Of a stretch of DNA of 59,183 nucleotides, positions 58,783 to 59,183 are shown piece after piece. Position 1 is the stretch's first letter, and every line of letters starts with the position of its first letter. The stretch is from Desulfosarcina sp. GTDB taxonomy: Bacteria; Desulfobacterota; Desulfobacteria; Desulfobacterales; Desulfosarcinaceae. The notes under the pieces are model-generated. The model saw only the letters and a program-made list of their open reading frames with translations. It made no database searches and was not told the DNA's origin. A program made the position numbers and the translations under genes. The stretch is taken from contig NZ_JASJGN010000389.1 of the NCBI RefSeq assembly GCF_033791525.1, forward strand, positions 1 to 59,183. The letters run 5' to 3'.

Positions 58783-59183
58783 ATGAGTGAAATCGCATTC
58801 CAGGACAACTATCCCGATGAACTGAGCCACTGCTATGGATGCGGACGACTCAATCCGGATGGTCTTCAGTTGAAAAGCTATTGGGATGGTGACGAGACGG
58901 TCGCCCGATTTCGGCCGCGGCCTGTCCATATGGCTATACCCGGCTATGTATACGGTGGTCTCCTGGCCTCTTTGATCGACTGTCACGGCACCGGTTCGGC
59001 CTCGGCCGCTGCCGGACGAGCCCGGCCGGACGAGGCCCCGTTCCGATTTGTCACCGCATCGCTGCATGTGAACTACCTGCGCCCGACCCCAATAGACGCC
59101 GAACTGGAAATCCGCGGCGTGATCAAGGAATTGAAAGAGAAAAAGGTAGTCGTATCGGCAACCGTTTCAGCCGAAGGGAAGCT
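58783..59183 (+). CDS. PaaI-family hotdog thioesterase (partial, runs off the right edge)
   Basis: Not in the ORF track. RBS AAGGAG; MSEIAFQDNYPDELSHCYGCG..NPDGL, VYGGLLASLIDCH, VNYLRPTP. Confidence 0.85.
   Translation, partial: MSEIAFQDNYPDELSHCYGCGRLNPDGLQLKSYWDGDETVARFRPRPVHMAIPGYVYGGLLASLIDCHGTGSASAAAGRARPDEAPFRFVTASLHVNYLRPTPIDAELEIRGVIKELKEKKVVVSATVSAEGK

Noticed and set aside
58510-59067. 185-aa minus-strand ORF at the right edge
   Set aside because: Antisense to the AF1514-like gene and the partial PaaI thioesterase, both of which have an RBS and family motifs.

Overview
GC-rich chromosomal segment with the gene content of an anaerobic deltaproteobacterium (Desulfobacterales/Desulfosarcina-like; inferred from gene families and repeat types, not from a search). 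Most of it is housekeeping: peptidoglycan recycling (MurU-AmgK fusion, NamZ), plsB, a 2-oxoacid:ferredoxin oxidoreductase operon, hisC-cmk-rpsA-sppA, guaB, dnaE, a complete single-operon futalosine menaquinone pathway, RNase Z, recJ, miaB, copZ-copA and an ilvD-ilvB-ilvN-ilvC-cimA-leuA operon. No tRNA, rRNA, CRISPR array, transposase or integrase was seen. The least explained items are a solo dynamin-like GTPase with deviant motifs directly upstream of an orphan ParA, with a divergent 50-aa four-Cys microprotein that the ORF track misses; a second orphan ParA paired with a small RHH-like protein; a stand-alone YcaO-TPR fusion with no TfuA or precursor; and a MamI-like membrane protein outside any magnetosome context. 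There is also an Ile/Leu/Val leader-peptide attenuator upstream of ilvD and at least five kinds of non-autonomous repeat or MITE, several of which supply stop or start codons to neighbouring genes.
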